From positions 53,666 to 117,665 of the IMG/VR virus record IMGVR_UViG_3300009523_000001: a DNA stretch of 64,000 nucleotides; one strand, 5' to 3'. This document shows positions 37,683 through 47,080 of this stretch, in pieces. This DNA comes from a virus. A program made the translations under genes and the position numbers. A model generated the notes under the pieces. The model saw only the letters and a list, made by a program, of their open reading frames with translations. It was not told where the DNA came from and searched no databases. Within the stretch, counting starts at the first letter, position 1; every line of letters begins with the position of its first letter.

Positions 37683-38680
37683 TGACGAAGACAACCGGAG
37701 TCGGCGGGTGCGGAGGCGGATGCAGCGAGTTTCCGCGGATCCTGGTCCCCAAGGCCTGCGTCCTCGAACCGGGATCGCCAACGCCCCGGCAAGCCGCTCA
37801 GATCATGCACGACGACGGCACCTACGGCGATTGGATCGACGATGTCCCCATCCAAGGACCGACCGACCGCGACATTCGCAAGGCCGACTGCTGGTGGAAA
37901 GACAACGTCCTCGATAAGGCCACTGACAACGCAGGGCGCATCGTGCCGCAGTGGACGCAGAACTCGCTCTGCATCGGCAACCGGTTCATGAGCTCCGGCA
38001 TTGGCGGCATCGGCGAGACGGTCCGTCGTAGCGGCACGCTCGGGCAGGCACCGGCAGCCGCCGCAGGACCAGGAATCAAGCTCTCCGACGCCGAGGCGCA
38101 GTGGGTGCTGTCCACCCTCACGCAGCTCAACGCGCTTATCCTCAAGGCCGGGAGCAAGCCCTGCGCAACCTGGCCATCGGACCCGACCAAGGCGCAGCCC
38201 GCGGCGGTCGCGTGCTTCCAAGGCTGGTTCAACACGAACGTGAACCCGGGCCTGCGCACCGACGGGATGCTCGACCGCGACACGCTCTGCGCGCTCCTGA
38301 CCGTCACAAGGCAGCACGCGACCGACTTCCCGACGCCGTACCCCGGCACCGTATTTTGCTTGTCGGCTCTGTCGACCCTGCCCATGCCCATGAAGATCGG
38401 CATCGGCGTCGCGGCAGCGGCGGTGGTCGGTGGGACCGTGGCGGCGATCGCGGGGGCGTACGGCAAGAAGAAGCCGCGAACCGCACTGCCTGCGGCCAGC
38501 GAGGCGCGACGCGTAATCGGGTACCAAGTACTCGTCTTCAACCAGGGGTCTTCGCATCCAGAAGTGGTCGCGCCCGCGAACACCCAAGCGGAAGCAGAGA
38601 GGCTCAAGGATCACTACGAGAAGCAAGCCGACCGACGCGGCTGGAACAAGCGCGTCGAAATCAGACCCGTGAGGGGCTGA
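37682..38680 (+). CDS. Membrane-anchored protein with PG-binding-like domain
   Basis: AVACFQGWFN..GLRTDGMLDRDTLCAL; TM KIGIGVAAAAVVGGTVAAI plus KKK. Confidence 0.65.
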   Translation: MTKTTGVGGCGGGCSEFPRILVPKACVLEPGSPTPRQAAQIMHDDGTYGDWIDDVPIQGPTDRDIRKADCWWKDNVLDKATDNAGRIVPQWTQNSLCIGNRFMSSGIGGIGETVRRSGTLGQAPAAAAGPGIKLSDAEAQWVLSTLTQLNALILKAGSKPCATWPSDPTKAQPAAVACFQGWFNTNVNPGLRTDGMLDRDTLCALLTVTRQHATDFPTPYPGTVFCLSALSTLPMPMKIGIGVAAAAVVGGTVAAIAGAYGKKKPRTALPAASEARRVIGYQVLVFNQGSSHPEVVAPANTQAEAERLKDHYEKQADRRGWNKRVEIRPVRG

Positions 38681-38694
38681 AAAGGGGTTGACGG

Positions 38695-39492
38695 ATGCAC
38701 GTCAGCTCGTGGGAAGACGTCGCCCCGCCGCGGACGCTCATCAGTTGCGTCGTCCCGCCCCCGGGCCTCGGGAACTGGTGGAGCGGCAGCAAAGGTGGCG
38801 AAGAAACGCTCCCCGCCTTCCCAGGCATCAAGAAGCTCTCCGTAAGCGAACTGCAGTCCATCACCGAGACGGCCAACACTATCGGCATTGAACCGGACTG
38901 GCTCGCCACCATCATCAACTTCGAGACCGGCGGAACGTTCTCCCCGACCCAGAAGAACGCGGCCGGGTCGGGAGCAACGGGCCTCATTCAGTTCATGCCA
39001 AAGACGGCCCAGAACCTCCTCGGCACGTCCACGCCGGAAGAGGCGATCCGGCAGCTCGAAGCGATGAGCTTCCCCCAGCAGATGAAGCTGGTCGAGCGCT
39101 ACTTCGCGCCCCACGCGGGCAAGATGAAGAGCCTTTCGGACGCTTACCTGGCCGTCCTCTACCCCGCGTTCATCGGAGCGTCCGACGACGCAGTGATGGG
39201 CCGGACAGGAAGCGCCATCTACACGCAAAACGCCGGATTCGACAGCACGCACAAGGGCTACATCACGAAGGCGGACATCACCGGCAAAATCAACGCCATG
39301 CTCGACGGCACGAAGGAACGGGTCGCGACCGGGATCCCGCTCGTCCGTCGACCGATCAAGCTGCGACCGATCCTGACGGGGATCGCGATCGTGGCCGCTG
39401 CCGGAGTCGTGGCCTGGGGAGCGGTCACCCTGACTAGCCGACCCGCGCGACGCGTGCCGGCACTGCAACGCGTACCTGCGGCGGCGACGTAA
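38695..39492 (+). CDS. Lytic transglycosylase (SLT/lysozyme-like) with C-terminal membrane anchor
   Basis: INFETGGTFSP (catalytic Glu), ATGLIQFMPKTA; TM ILTGIAIVAAAGVVAWGAV. Confidence 0.85.
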   Translation: MHVSSWEDVAPPRTLISCVVPPPGLGNWWSGSKGGEETLPAFPGIKKLSVSELQSITETANTIGIEPDWLATIINFETGGTFSPTQKNAAGSGATGLIQFMPKTAQNLLGTSTPEEAIRQLEAMSFPQQMKLVERYFAPHAGKMKSLSDAYLAVLYPAFIGASDDAVMGRTGSAIYTQNAGFDSTHKGYITKADITGKINAMLDGTKERVATGIPLVRRPIKLRPILTGIAIVAAAGVVAWGAVTLTSRPARRVPALQRVPAAAT

Positions 39493-39499
39493 GAGGAAC

Positions 39500-40378
39500 G
39501 TGATGCACCTCGCAGAATCCATCTCGTTCGCCGGAAACCGAACCGTCGGCTTCGGTCTTGATGAAGTGACGCCGCATCTCTTTGTCATCGGCGACTCGCA
39601 GGCATGCGGCGCCACCGGTGCCCCGAACCTGACCACCAAAACCATCGATCTCAACGGCACGCCCGCGCGCGTCCACTGCAAGGTCGGGGCACACACGTCC
39701 GAGTTCGCGGCCATCGTGCCGACGCTCGGCATTTCGAGAGGCGATACTGTGATCGTCTTCCTCGGCTCGAACGACTACGACAGCAAGCCCGACCCGACCG
39801 CGATCGTGAAAGCCATCGAGGCCGCCGGTGCGTCGACCCTCTGGGTGGGACCGCCGTCGATTCGCGGGAAGGACGGCGCAGCACCGGCCCATCTCCAGTC
39901 CGTGCTAGGCGATCGGTACTTCGACTCGCGCACGCTCAACCTGCAGCTCCGCGACGGGATCCACCCGACCGCGAGTGAGTTCGCGCGGTGGAGAGCGGCC
40001 GTGCTCTCCGAGATCGCGAGCAAGCCGCCGATCGCCCCGACGACCCCTGTGAGCAGTGTGCTCGAGACGCTCCAGCGGCCGGCGGTTGCGGCGGCTGCCG
40101 CGTTGGGGATCCTCGCACTCGGCGGATCGATCTACTGGATCGCCACGATGAGACGCGCACCGCAGCGCCTGTCGGCGGTCCGAGAAGGGGAAGGCAAAAC
40201 TGTTAGCGCCAAAGATCTGAAGCCAGGCGATCTCGTTCGAGGCGAGAAGGGATCTCGTCGTTACCGTATCCTTTCGGTGAGACGCGTTGAAGGAGCGCGA
40301 TCCGTTGAGGTTCAAGTTCAAAGCCAGGGGACGTGGCACTTCAAGCCAAACGATTCCGTAGAGGTCTTTCGATCATGA
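39500..40378 (+). CDS. SGNH/GDSL hydrolase with leader motif, TM helix and SH3/KOW-like tail
   Basis: IGDSQ, GSND, DGIHP blocks; GNRTVGFGLD leader; AKDLKPGDLV tail. Confidence 0.8.
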   Translation: MMHLAESISFAGNRTVGFGLDEVTPHLFVIGDSQACGATGAPNLTTKTIDLNGTPARVHCKVGAHTSEFAAIVPTLGISRGDTVIVFLGSNDYDSKPDPTAIVKAIEAAGASTLWVGPPSIRGKDGAAPAHLQSVLGDRYFDSRTLNLQLRDGIHPTASEFARWRAAVLSEIASKPPIAPTTPVSSVLETLQRPAVAAAAALGILALGGSIYWIATMRRAPQRLSAVREGEGKTVSAKDLKPGDLVRGEKGSRRYRILSVRRVEGARSVEVQVQSQGTWHFKPNDSVEVFRS

Positions 40379-40689
40379 ACACCATCTCGCGCGGTGGCCG
40401 ACCCGTCGCCGGCTTCGCTCTTGGCCAGCCTCCCGAATGCCCTGCCGCGCTGCCGTCCGGCTCGAGTGCCGCTGCCCTGGTCGGCGGCGACCTCAGCGCG
40501 TTGCCGATCGCCGTCGGACACACGCTCGTCCGTGCGGCGCTTGTCGGAACGGGACTGCTCATCGCCGGCGAACGCGAGCACGTAATCAGAAACGCGGTTG
40601 CTGGCTCACTCGCGATCGAGGCGTTTGTCCTCGGTTGGGCTGCGTGGCTTCAACGGGGCCTCGGCAACAACGCCGAGGATCGCTCATAA
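40375..40689 (+). CDS. Small two-TM membrane protein with GRPVAGFALG leader
   Basis: MNTISRGGRPVAGFALG; ATGA-coupled. Confidence 0.7.
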   Translation: MNTISRGGRPVAGFALGQPPECPAALPSGSSAAALVGGDLSALPIAVGHTLVRAALVGTGLLIAGEREHVIRNAVAGSLAIEAFVLGWAAWLQRGLGNNAEDRS

Positions 40690-40765
40690 GGTTTTGCATC
40701 GCGGGAGACTGCCCGCAAAAAACCGCTGACCTTCACTGTAGCAAAAAGGTACCATAAAGAACGCC

Positions 40766-42160
40766 ATGATCGCCAAACAGCCGCAGAAAACGTACAAGTT
40801 CGGCGACTCCCTGCCCCCCATCCCCGGCCCCGTTGCTTCCTGGCCGTGGCCCGGATCGGCCGCGCTCACGAAATGGAGCATCGACATGCTCCACTACCCG
40901 CTCGGGACCATCATCACCGACGTCGTCGACGGTCATCCCGTCATCGCACAAATTCAAACACACTCTTGGTACGGCGCCCACCCCGACTGGCCCTCGACGC
41001 CTCACAAGGGGACCAGCGTATTTGTTCCGACCACGGTCAACGCGACCGGCAAGAAGATCCCCGTCGCCGATCCACCGGACGGGTGGGGGGAGGAATCACC
41101 GTCCGTGGCCGGCGTGGGGTCCAACGGGAAACCCGCAACCCCATGCGCGCCGGGAGATCCTCTCTGCACCGACCTTCCCGACGAATCTGCGCCGCACCCC
41201 ACCAAGGAGTATTCAATGGACACAGTCTTCCTAAACGGCCGTCCCGTCTCGTTCGGCGTGGGTGAGAACTTTTGCCCAACCCTTCCGTACGTGTGTCCGC
41301 CTCGCCCGTGGGGACCGGATCCGGGCCCGCGCGCCTCGATCGCGGATCGCCTCGGCACCGGCGACCGCGACGTGGGCGTCAGCGGATGCTGCCCGCGGCA
41401 ATGGGAGCCCGATCCGGGCCAAACCCTCAGCGGGGTCGGCGACGTCGCTCCCCCAGCCCCCACGAACGTGGCGCAGATCCACAATGCGGCGCAGGCGGCC
41501 GTCAAAGGGCGCCCGCAGGCGCCGCATCCCGCCGTGCAGGGCTCGATCCAAGCCGCCGCGACCGGTGCCGCGCGCGTCGTCGCACCCCCCGGAACGCCCC
41601 CCGCTCAAGTGCACAGACTCGCGCGGCTCGGCGCCGAAGCCTCCGTGCTTCGCGCCGGCTCCCGGTTTGCTCACCCTCGTCACCCTGTAGTCTCCACCGC
41701 CATCCGCGCCGCCGCCCACGAAGCGGTCCTCGCGCACGCGTGGCGGCCCGAGTGGGGCACCCGGCCCGCAGGGTTCGGCGCCACCCAATGGCGGCCCGAG
41801 TGGGGCGCTCGACCCGTGTGGTTCGGGGCCCGTCGATGGAGACGCGAGTGGGGATTTCAGCCCGCGTGGTGGGCAGCGCATCAGACCGTGATGGACACGC
41901 CCCAACCGGACGATTCCACCACTCCGTCGGACGGTTCGCCCGCTTCGTCCGATGGTTCTCCCGCTCCGACGGACGGTTCCGCTCCGGCGGACGGTTCTCA
42001 GTCGCCCACAACGACAGCCCCCTCGGGCGGTCTATCCACCCTCGCGAAGGTCGGCATCGGCGTCGCGGTGGTGGCGGTGGTCGGGGGGACGGTCGCAGCG
42101 ATCTCGGCGAACGGCGGAAAGAAAAAGAAGTCCTCGCCGGCGGCAGGAACGTCGCCATGA
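40766..42160 (+). CDS. Modular membrane-anchored protein (WRPEWG repeats); probable internal start at 41216
   Basis: AAGGAG-6nt-ATG MDTVFLNGRPVSFGVG; WxPDPG motifs; TM KVGIGVAVVAVVGGTVAAI plus KKKK. Confidence 0.65.
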   Translation: MIAKQPQKTYKFGDSLPPIPGPVASWPWPGSAALTKWSIDMLHYPLGTIITDVVDGHPVIAQIQTHSWYGAHPDWPSTPHKGTSVFVPTTVNATGKKIPVADPPDGWGEESPSVAGVGSNGKPATPCAPGDPLCTDLPDESAPHPTKEYSMDTVFLNGRPVSFGVGENFCPTLPYVCPPRPWGPDPGPRASIADRLGTGDRDVGVSGCCPRQWEPDPGQTLSGVGDVAPPAPTNVAQIHNAAQAAVKGRPQAPHPAVQGSIQAAATGAARVVAPPGTPPAQVHRLARLGAEASVLRAGSRFAHPRHPVVSTAIRAAAHEAVLAHAWRPEWGTRPAGFGATQWRPEWGARPVWFGARRWRREWGFQPAWWAAHQTVMDTPQPDDSTTPSDGSPASSDGSPAPTDGSAPADGSQSPTTTAPSGGLSTLAKVGIGVAVVAVVGGTVAAISANGGKKKKSSPAAGTSP

Positions 42161-42564
42161 GCGAGGGTGCCGTCATTGCGGTGGCCGTGCTGGGAATCGC
42201 TGCGGTCGGAGGGGGGATCTACTGGATGGCCACCCGACCCACAGGCAGCTCGTCTCCTGCGCCTGCGGGATTGCTACCTCCCGCACCGGCACCCGCAGCG
42301 ACCGCACCGGCACCCCACCCTGCGACTGCCGCACCGGCGCCGGCGCCGGCGCCGACACCCAAGCCGGTGACCGCAGCGCCTGCCCCGGCGCCCGCCCCCA
42401 ACGTGGTCAACACCGCCTCGAACGCTGTCAAACTCGCCTCGAACGTCGCCACCACCGCCTCGGAGATCAGCAGCCTCTTCGGCGGCGGGAGCGGCAGTCT
42501 CTTCGGCGTTGGCGGCGCGATTCGACGGAGCGGCCGATCGGTTCCTGGATGGGGGCTGCAATGA
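42157..42564 (+). CDS. N-terminally anchored Pro/Ala-rich membrane protein
   Basis: MSEGAVIAVAVLGIAAVGGGIYW; PA repeats; ends GRSVPGWGLQ. Confidence 0.65.
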   Translation: MSEGAVIAVAVLGIAAVGGGIYWMATRPTGSSSPAPAGLLPPAPAPAATAPAPHPATAAPAPAPAPTPKPVTAAPAPAPAPNVVNTASNAVKLASNVATTASEISSLFGGGSGSLFGVGGAIRRSGRSVPGWGLQ

Positions 42565-44063
42565 ACATCGCCAGGCATGGCCGCCCCATCGCGTTCGGCA
42601 TGGGCGAGCGCGTCTGCCCTCCAGGCCAGTGCGAGTGGTGGGACCCCGATCCGGGTCGGCTCGGCGCGCCCCCGGACGTATCCCCTGTCCTCGGCGGAAC
42701 GCTCGACTCCGGCCAATCGCTGACGATCGGACAACCGCTGGCCAACCCGTCGAGGACGGCCGTTTTCATCGTTCAGGCGGCGGATTCGAACCCGGTCCTT
42801 TACGACATACGCAACCCGAGCAACATCAAGCCAATCTGGTCGGCGTACACCCTCTGGAAGGGGTTTGCGACGCGCGCCACGATGCAGCCGGACGGAAACT
42901 TCGTCGTCTACGAGGACCCCGCGTACGCCACGGACGACGTGGCCCCAGGCAACAAGCTCTCGTCGAGACAGGTACTGGCCGGGAAAAAATTGAGAGCGTT
43001 GTGGTCTACGAGCACGAGCGGTCACCCCGGTGCCCGACTCGTGCTCCAGGACGACGGGAATCTCGTCGTCGTCCAAGGGACGAAGACGTTGTGGTCATCG
43101 CGCACGGACGGGTTCAAGGACAGGACCGAGATTGGACCGCACTGGGTCCACGCGTTTCAGGCCGTCTTGGAGGGGTCGATCATCCCCATCCGAAACGTCA
43201 TCTTGGTCGGGTGGCTGAATTTATTTGGCGCCGGAGCGGCTGCCAAAAGAATTGAATCCCGCCTACCTGGCACCAACACCAGTGGTGTCCCCCATGTCGA
43301 AACGCGCACCCCCCCATCGCTGGACAGTTTGAATCTCCAGAAATCGCAAACAGCGACACCCTCCGAGGCACCCATGCCCACATCACCGACCAGTGGATAC
43401 GGACCCTACCCGCAGCCCGCCGGAACGACCGCGGGCGTCGGCGACCTCGATCACGGCGGTCACGGTGGGGGCGGTCACGGGGGCGGAGGTCGTGGTGGAG
43501 GACGAGGGGGCTGGCACGGCGGCGGTCGACCCTTCCGCGGCTGGGGCGGAGGGCGAGGCTGGGGCGGTCCGTGGTGGCCCTATATCGTCGTGGCACCAAG
43601 CGAGGTCGCGTGCGCGAGCTGGGGAGATCCGATCAGTTTCCCAGCGCAGCTCCGAGCAGCGGCGCAGGCCACCCTCAGCCAATCCGGTGGCGGCCCGGTT
43701 GCGATTCGCGGCGCCGACGGGGGCCTGTACCTGCTCAATCTCGAGCGAGCGATGCCGATCGGCGGGCCTATCAGCAACCTCGTCACGGTGCGACCGTGCG
43801 TCGGAATGCTCGGAGTCGGCAACTCGGACGACGATGTGCTCCGGGCGATGGCGCTCGATCTTCTCGGATCCTTGCGGCGCACGGGGGCACCGCAGTACGC
43901 GACGCGGTCCGTGAAGAACTTCGCGCAGGCGTGGAACGCGGCGAGCGCCGACACGCAGATCGACACCAGCGGCAAGTACACGCGCGAGACCGAGGCGGCG
44001 CTCAACGCGGCCTTGAGCGCGCTCGCGCCGGGGTCAGGAACGGCGCCGGCAGCCGTGCTCTGA
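42561..44063 (+). CDS. Bulb-type (B) lectin-domain protein with leader motif, RGG segment and PG-binding-like C-terminus
   Basis: MQPDGNFVVY, LVLQDDGNLVV..LWSS B-lectin repeats; GRPIAFGMG leader; VKNFAQAWN..GKYTRETEAAL. Confidence 0.8.
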   Translation: MNIARHGRPIAFGMGERVCPPGQCEWWDPDPGRLGAPPDVSPVLGGTLDSGQSLTIGQPLANPSRTAVFIVQAADSNPVLYDIRNPSNIKPIWSAYTLWKGFATRATMQPDGNFVVYEDPAYATDDVAPGNKLSSRQVLAGKKLRALWSTSTSGHPGARLVLQDDGNLVVVQGTKTLWSSRTDGFKDRTEIGPHWVHAFQAVLEGSIIPIRNVILVGWLNLFGAGAAAKRIESRLPGTNTSGVPHVETRTPPSLDSLNLQKSQTATPSEAPMPTSPTSGYGPYPQPAGTTAGVGDLDHGGHGGGGHGGGGRGGGRGGWHGGGRPFRGWGGGRGWGGPWWPYIVVAPSEVACASWGDPISFPAQLRAAAQATLSQSGGGPVAIRGADGGLYLLNLERAMPIGGPISNLVTVRPCVGMLGVGNSDDDVLRAMALDLLGSLRRTGAPQYATRSVKNFAQAWNAASADTQIDTSGKYTRETEAALNAALSALAPGSGTAPAAVL

Positions 44064-44091
44064 AGGAAGGCAGCAGCCGTACGACGCGCTA

Positions 44092-44133
44092 GATGTACAC
44101 AATAGCTTGCACGGACCATCCAACGATGTACAC
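44092..44133 (+). promoter_or_regulatory. Direct repeat GATGTACAC x2, probable TA operator
   Basis: 44092-44100 and 44125-44133, immediately upstream of the Phd-MNT gene. Confidence 0.5.
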
Positions 44134-44139
44134 TTTGGC

Positions 44140-44637
44140 ATGGCCCGATCACTGCCCCAGGTAGACGCGAGCTCACTGCGCCGCGAACTGTTCACCGTCC
44201 TGCGCACCCTCGACGCGGACGGCCCGATCGAGGTTCTGCGCAACGGTCGCGTCGTCGCGGTCCTGTCGACACCGACCGCGTCTCCGAAGAAGGGCCAGAC
44301 ACCGAAGCCACGCGTCGACCCGCGACGCCTCGCGCGCATCTGCAAGAAGCACCACATCAAGCGGCTGTCGCTCTTCGGGTCCGTCGTGCGCGACGACTTC
44401 GGGCCGCAGAGCGACGTAGACATCCTGTACGAACGCGAACCAGGGCATCACGAAACGCTAAAAAGCTTCACGGAAGCGAACGACGCTTTCGCGGACCTGT
44501 TCGGGCACCGCGTAGACTTCATCAAGCGTTCCCTGATCGAGAACAGCAAGAATCCGCACCGGAAGCAGTCCATCCTCGAAGACGAGCGCGTGATTTACGA
44601 AAATGGTCGCGCGAGACTCGCCGGGGTGCTCGCGTGA
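44140..44637 (+). CDS. Minimal nucleotidyltransferase (MNT) antitoxin with N-terminal Phd-like domain
   Basis: LFGSVVRDDFGPQSDVDIL; N-terminal SSLRRELFTVL..IEVLRNGRVVAVL. Confidence 0.85.
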   Translation: MARSLPQVDASSLRRELFTVLRTLDADGPIEVLRNGRVVAVLSTPTASPKKGQTPKPRVDPRRLARICKKHHIKRLSLFGSVVRDDFGPQSDVDILYEREPGHHETLKSFTEANDAFADLFGHRVDFIKRSLIENSKNPHRKQSILEDERVIYENGRARLAGVLA

Positions 44638-45041
44638 AACGAACCGATGAGGCGTTCGTCGACGACATCTTGATCGCGGCGGACAGTATCCGCGAATACA
44701 CTCGCGGCGTAGCCAAGGACGATTTTCTCAGCAAACGGGACGCGATGATCCAGGACGCGGTCATCCGTCAGGTCGGCATCGTGGGTGAGGCTGCATCGCA
44801 GTTGTCGCCGTCCTTCCGCGCGAAGTACCCGACGATCCCCTGGAATCAGATCATCGGGATGAGACACATCGTGATCCACCAGTACTGGGACGTGGATCTC
44901 GACGTGGTGTGGGAAGCCGCTACGGAAGACGTCCCAGCGCTTGTGAGGCAATTGCGTGCGGTGCCGAGCGACGATGAAGTCAGCGAAGATCTCGCGTCGA
45001 GATCGACATTACGTGGACGTCGATCACGAAGCCGTCGGTGA
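44634..45041 (+). CDS. HEPN/DUF86 (HepT-like) RNase toxin
   Basis: IVGEAA, IPWNQIIGMRHIVIHQYWDVD (RX4H). Confidence 0.88.
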   Translation: MKRTDEAFVDDILIAADSIREYTRGVAKDDFLSKRDAMIQDAVIRQVGIVGEAASQLSPSFRAKYPTIPWNQIIGMRHIVIHQYWDVDLDVVWEAATEDVPALVRQLRAVPSDDEVSEDLASRSTLRGRRSRSRR

Positions 45042-45116
45042 GGGTGGCGCCACTGCTTGCCGTGCCTCGTCAACGAGCACGTAGCTGCCCTGCGACGAGG
45101 CAATCACCTCGGTACC

Positions 45117-45473
45117 TCAGTCGAGCGGCTCGCCGTCGAGCGTGATCGTGAGCTCCGCCTCCTCGGGCAGCCATCGACGCAGGACTTCCGCAGCCCGCCG
45201 CGCTCCCTCAACCGGGTCGTTGCCGAACCCCTGCAGGTAGATGTTGGCGAGAGGAACGTCGAACCCCATCTCGCCGAGCGGGGCGACCCCTCGCTCGGCA
45301 TCGCCGGGGTGCGACTTGATGATCCGGCCGAACTGCACGAAGCGCTTCGAGAGCGGCTCGTCGACGATGACGAACGGCCGGCGCCGGAGCTCCATCGTGC
45401 GGAGCTCCTCGAGCACGGCGGGGAGGTCGGTCTCGAGGGCGGCGAGCGTCGTGCGGCGGATGGTGATGGTCAC
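45117..45473 (-). CDS. Hypothetical protein
   Basis: 118-aa ORF, FVIVDEPLSKRFVQFG. Confidence 0.55.
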   Translation of the reverse strand: MTITIRRTTLAALETDLPAVLEELRTMELRRRPFVIVDEPLSKRFVQFGRIIKSHPGDAERGVAPLGEMGFDVPLANIYLQGFGNDPVEGARRAAEVLRRWLPEEAELTITLDGEPLD

Positions 45474-45485
45474 GGCAGCCGCGCT

Positions 45486-45914
45486 TCAGGCGACTACCGA
45501 AGACGATTGCATGATCTCACGACCGTACTGCGAAATCGTGTACCAACCGCATAAATCGCCATTGTGCTCTGGCATCTTGGACGTGAACGTTAGCAAGCCG
45601 AGCCGGAACAGGCTGTCGCACGCGGACAACCGCTCCGCGTTGTAGATCGACGCCTCCGCGGTCCATCGTGGGTCGGTCGGGAAGTCCCACGGGAAAACGG
45701 CGCCAGCACTGCCGTCGTAGCTGCCTGCTGCTCGCAAGAGGACATGCTGCTGCGCGGCGTCAAGCGAATCCCACTGAACTTCTGGAAGCTGTCCCGTCTT
45801 GTGGCTGTTCGCAAGCGCCGGGTGCCGCTGGATCGGCGAGACCGGAGCGTACCTGGTGCGCAGTCGGGCGAGCGGGGCGAACAGCAGCGAGGCGAGGAGG
45901 GACCGACGGTTCAT
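45486..45914 (-). CDS. Hypothetical protein
   Basis: MNRRSLLASLL start; ATGA-coupled. Confidence 0.5.
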   Translation of the reverse strand: MNRRSLLASLLFAPLARLRTRYAPVSPIQRHPALANSHKTGQLPEVQWDSLDAAQQHVLLRAAGSYDGSAGAVFPWDFPTDPRWTAEASIYNAERLSACDSLFRLGLLTFTSKMPEHNGDLCGWYTISQYGREIMQSSSVVA

Positions 45915-46123
45915 GCGGTCGACTTTAGCAGAGCCTGCAAACCCGCGTCGGTGATGCGGTACCGGTTATCCTCACCGTCTGGGCCGCAACGGGTCAAGTA
46001 CAGGTACCCGCGAGCGTGCAGGTCGTCGACGATACGGATCGTTCGCTGATCGTCGATCGTCCTCTCACCCACTCGATGGACGACGACCCACGACGTCCCT
46101 GGACCTAGCGCCAAAGTCAACAT
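45911..46123 (-). CDS. Small winged-helix-like protein
   Basis: VDDLHARGYL..RYRITDAGLQAL; GAGG RBS. Confidence 0.5.
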   Translation of the reverse strand: MLTLALGPGTSWVVVHRVGERTIDDQRTIRIVDDLHARGYLYLTRCGPDGEDNRYRITDAGLQALLKSTA

Positions 46124-46152
46124 CCGTACCTCTTCTCGGTTCAGGCGAGCGC

Positions 46153-47052
46153 TCACAACAGTCCGTCCGCCGCGTTGTCTTGCCAGACCGTGGCCGTCCG
46201 GATGTACCCGAGGGCGACGCGCTCGGACTTGTGTCCGGTCTGCTTCATAATGCTCGCGAGGGACTTGCCCTTGATCGCCGCAGTCGTCGCGAAGCCCGAT
46301 CGGAGCGAGTGACCAGACACGCGGTCGGCATCGAGGCCGGCGCCTTTCGCCAAACGCTTGACGATCTCCGAGGCGGTCCGATCCGAGATCGGGAAGATCC
46401 GACCCTCGGTGATCCCTGTCTCGGCAAGGTACTTCCAGAGCGCACGGACCGGGCAGAGCGGTCCGCGCCCCATCGGGACGCCGCGAGTCCTCCCCTCCCC
46501 CTCCTGGTCCGTCTTCGAGTTCCGCAGCGTGACCATCAGACCGCTCGGGCTGAACGCGACGTCGCTGACGACCAGGGCGACGAGTTCGGACCGACGAAGG
46601 GCGGCGGCCCAGCCCAAGAGTACGAGCGCTCGATCGCGCTCGCTGGCCCCAGCAAGCATCGCCGCGAGGTCGGTGTCCTGCAGCGGCGTGGCCTTGCGCT
46701 GCGCCGTACGGAGCCGCCGGCGGAGCCCTTTGAGCGTCTCGCGGATCGCGAGGTGATCCGGCCATTCCACAGCCGCGTCCTTGTGCGCCCGGCGGAGAGC
46801 GGCGACCGCTCGATCGATGGTCGCCATCTTGTGGCCCAGGCTCAGGTGGGCAAGGTACGCCACAATCGTCTCCGGACGGGCCGGAAGAGGCTCAAGGCCA
46901 TGTGTGGCCGCCCACGCCTCGAAGGCCCGCCAGTCGGCCGCATAGCCCCGGCGAGTGGCGCGAGCGGTCCTGTCCTCCGCCACTTCGGCGGCGAGGGCGA
47001 GGAGGGATGGGAAAGAGTGTGTGGAAACAAGCGCATTCACCTTGTCGACCAT
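46153..47052 (-). CDS. Tyrosine recombinase/integrase (Cre-like subgroup)
   Basis: TRRGYAADW, RDRALVLLGWAAALRRSEL, SKTDQ, GHSLRSG, TGHKS, GYIR (R-K-H-R-H-Y). Confidence 0.93.
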   Translation of the reverse strand: MVDKVNALVSTHSFPSLLALAAEVAEDRTARATRRGYAADWRAFEAWAATHGLEPLPARPETIVAYLAHLSLGHKMATIDRAVAALRRAHKDAAVEWPDHLAIRETLKGLRRRLRTAQRKATPLQDTDLAAMLAGASERDRALVLLGWAAALRRSELVALVVSDVAFSPSGLMVTLRNSKTDQEGEGRTRGVPMGRGPLCPVRALWKYLAETGITEGRIFPISDRTASEIVKRLAKGAGLDADRVSGHSLRSGFATTAAIKGKSLASIMKQTGHKSERVALGYIRTATVWQDNAADGLL

Positions 47053-47055
47053 TGC

Positions 47056-47080
47056 TTCCGATAATGGTCTGTTATCGGAA
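47056..47080. promoter_or_regulatory. lox/dif-like recombination or autoregulatory site
   Basis: TTCCGATAA-TGGTCTG-TTATCGGAA perfect 9-bp arms, 3 bp upstream of the recombinase ATG; degenerate copy at 47118-47139. Confidence 0.7.
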
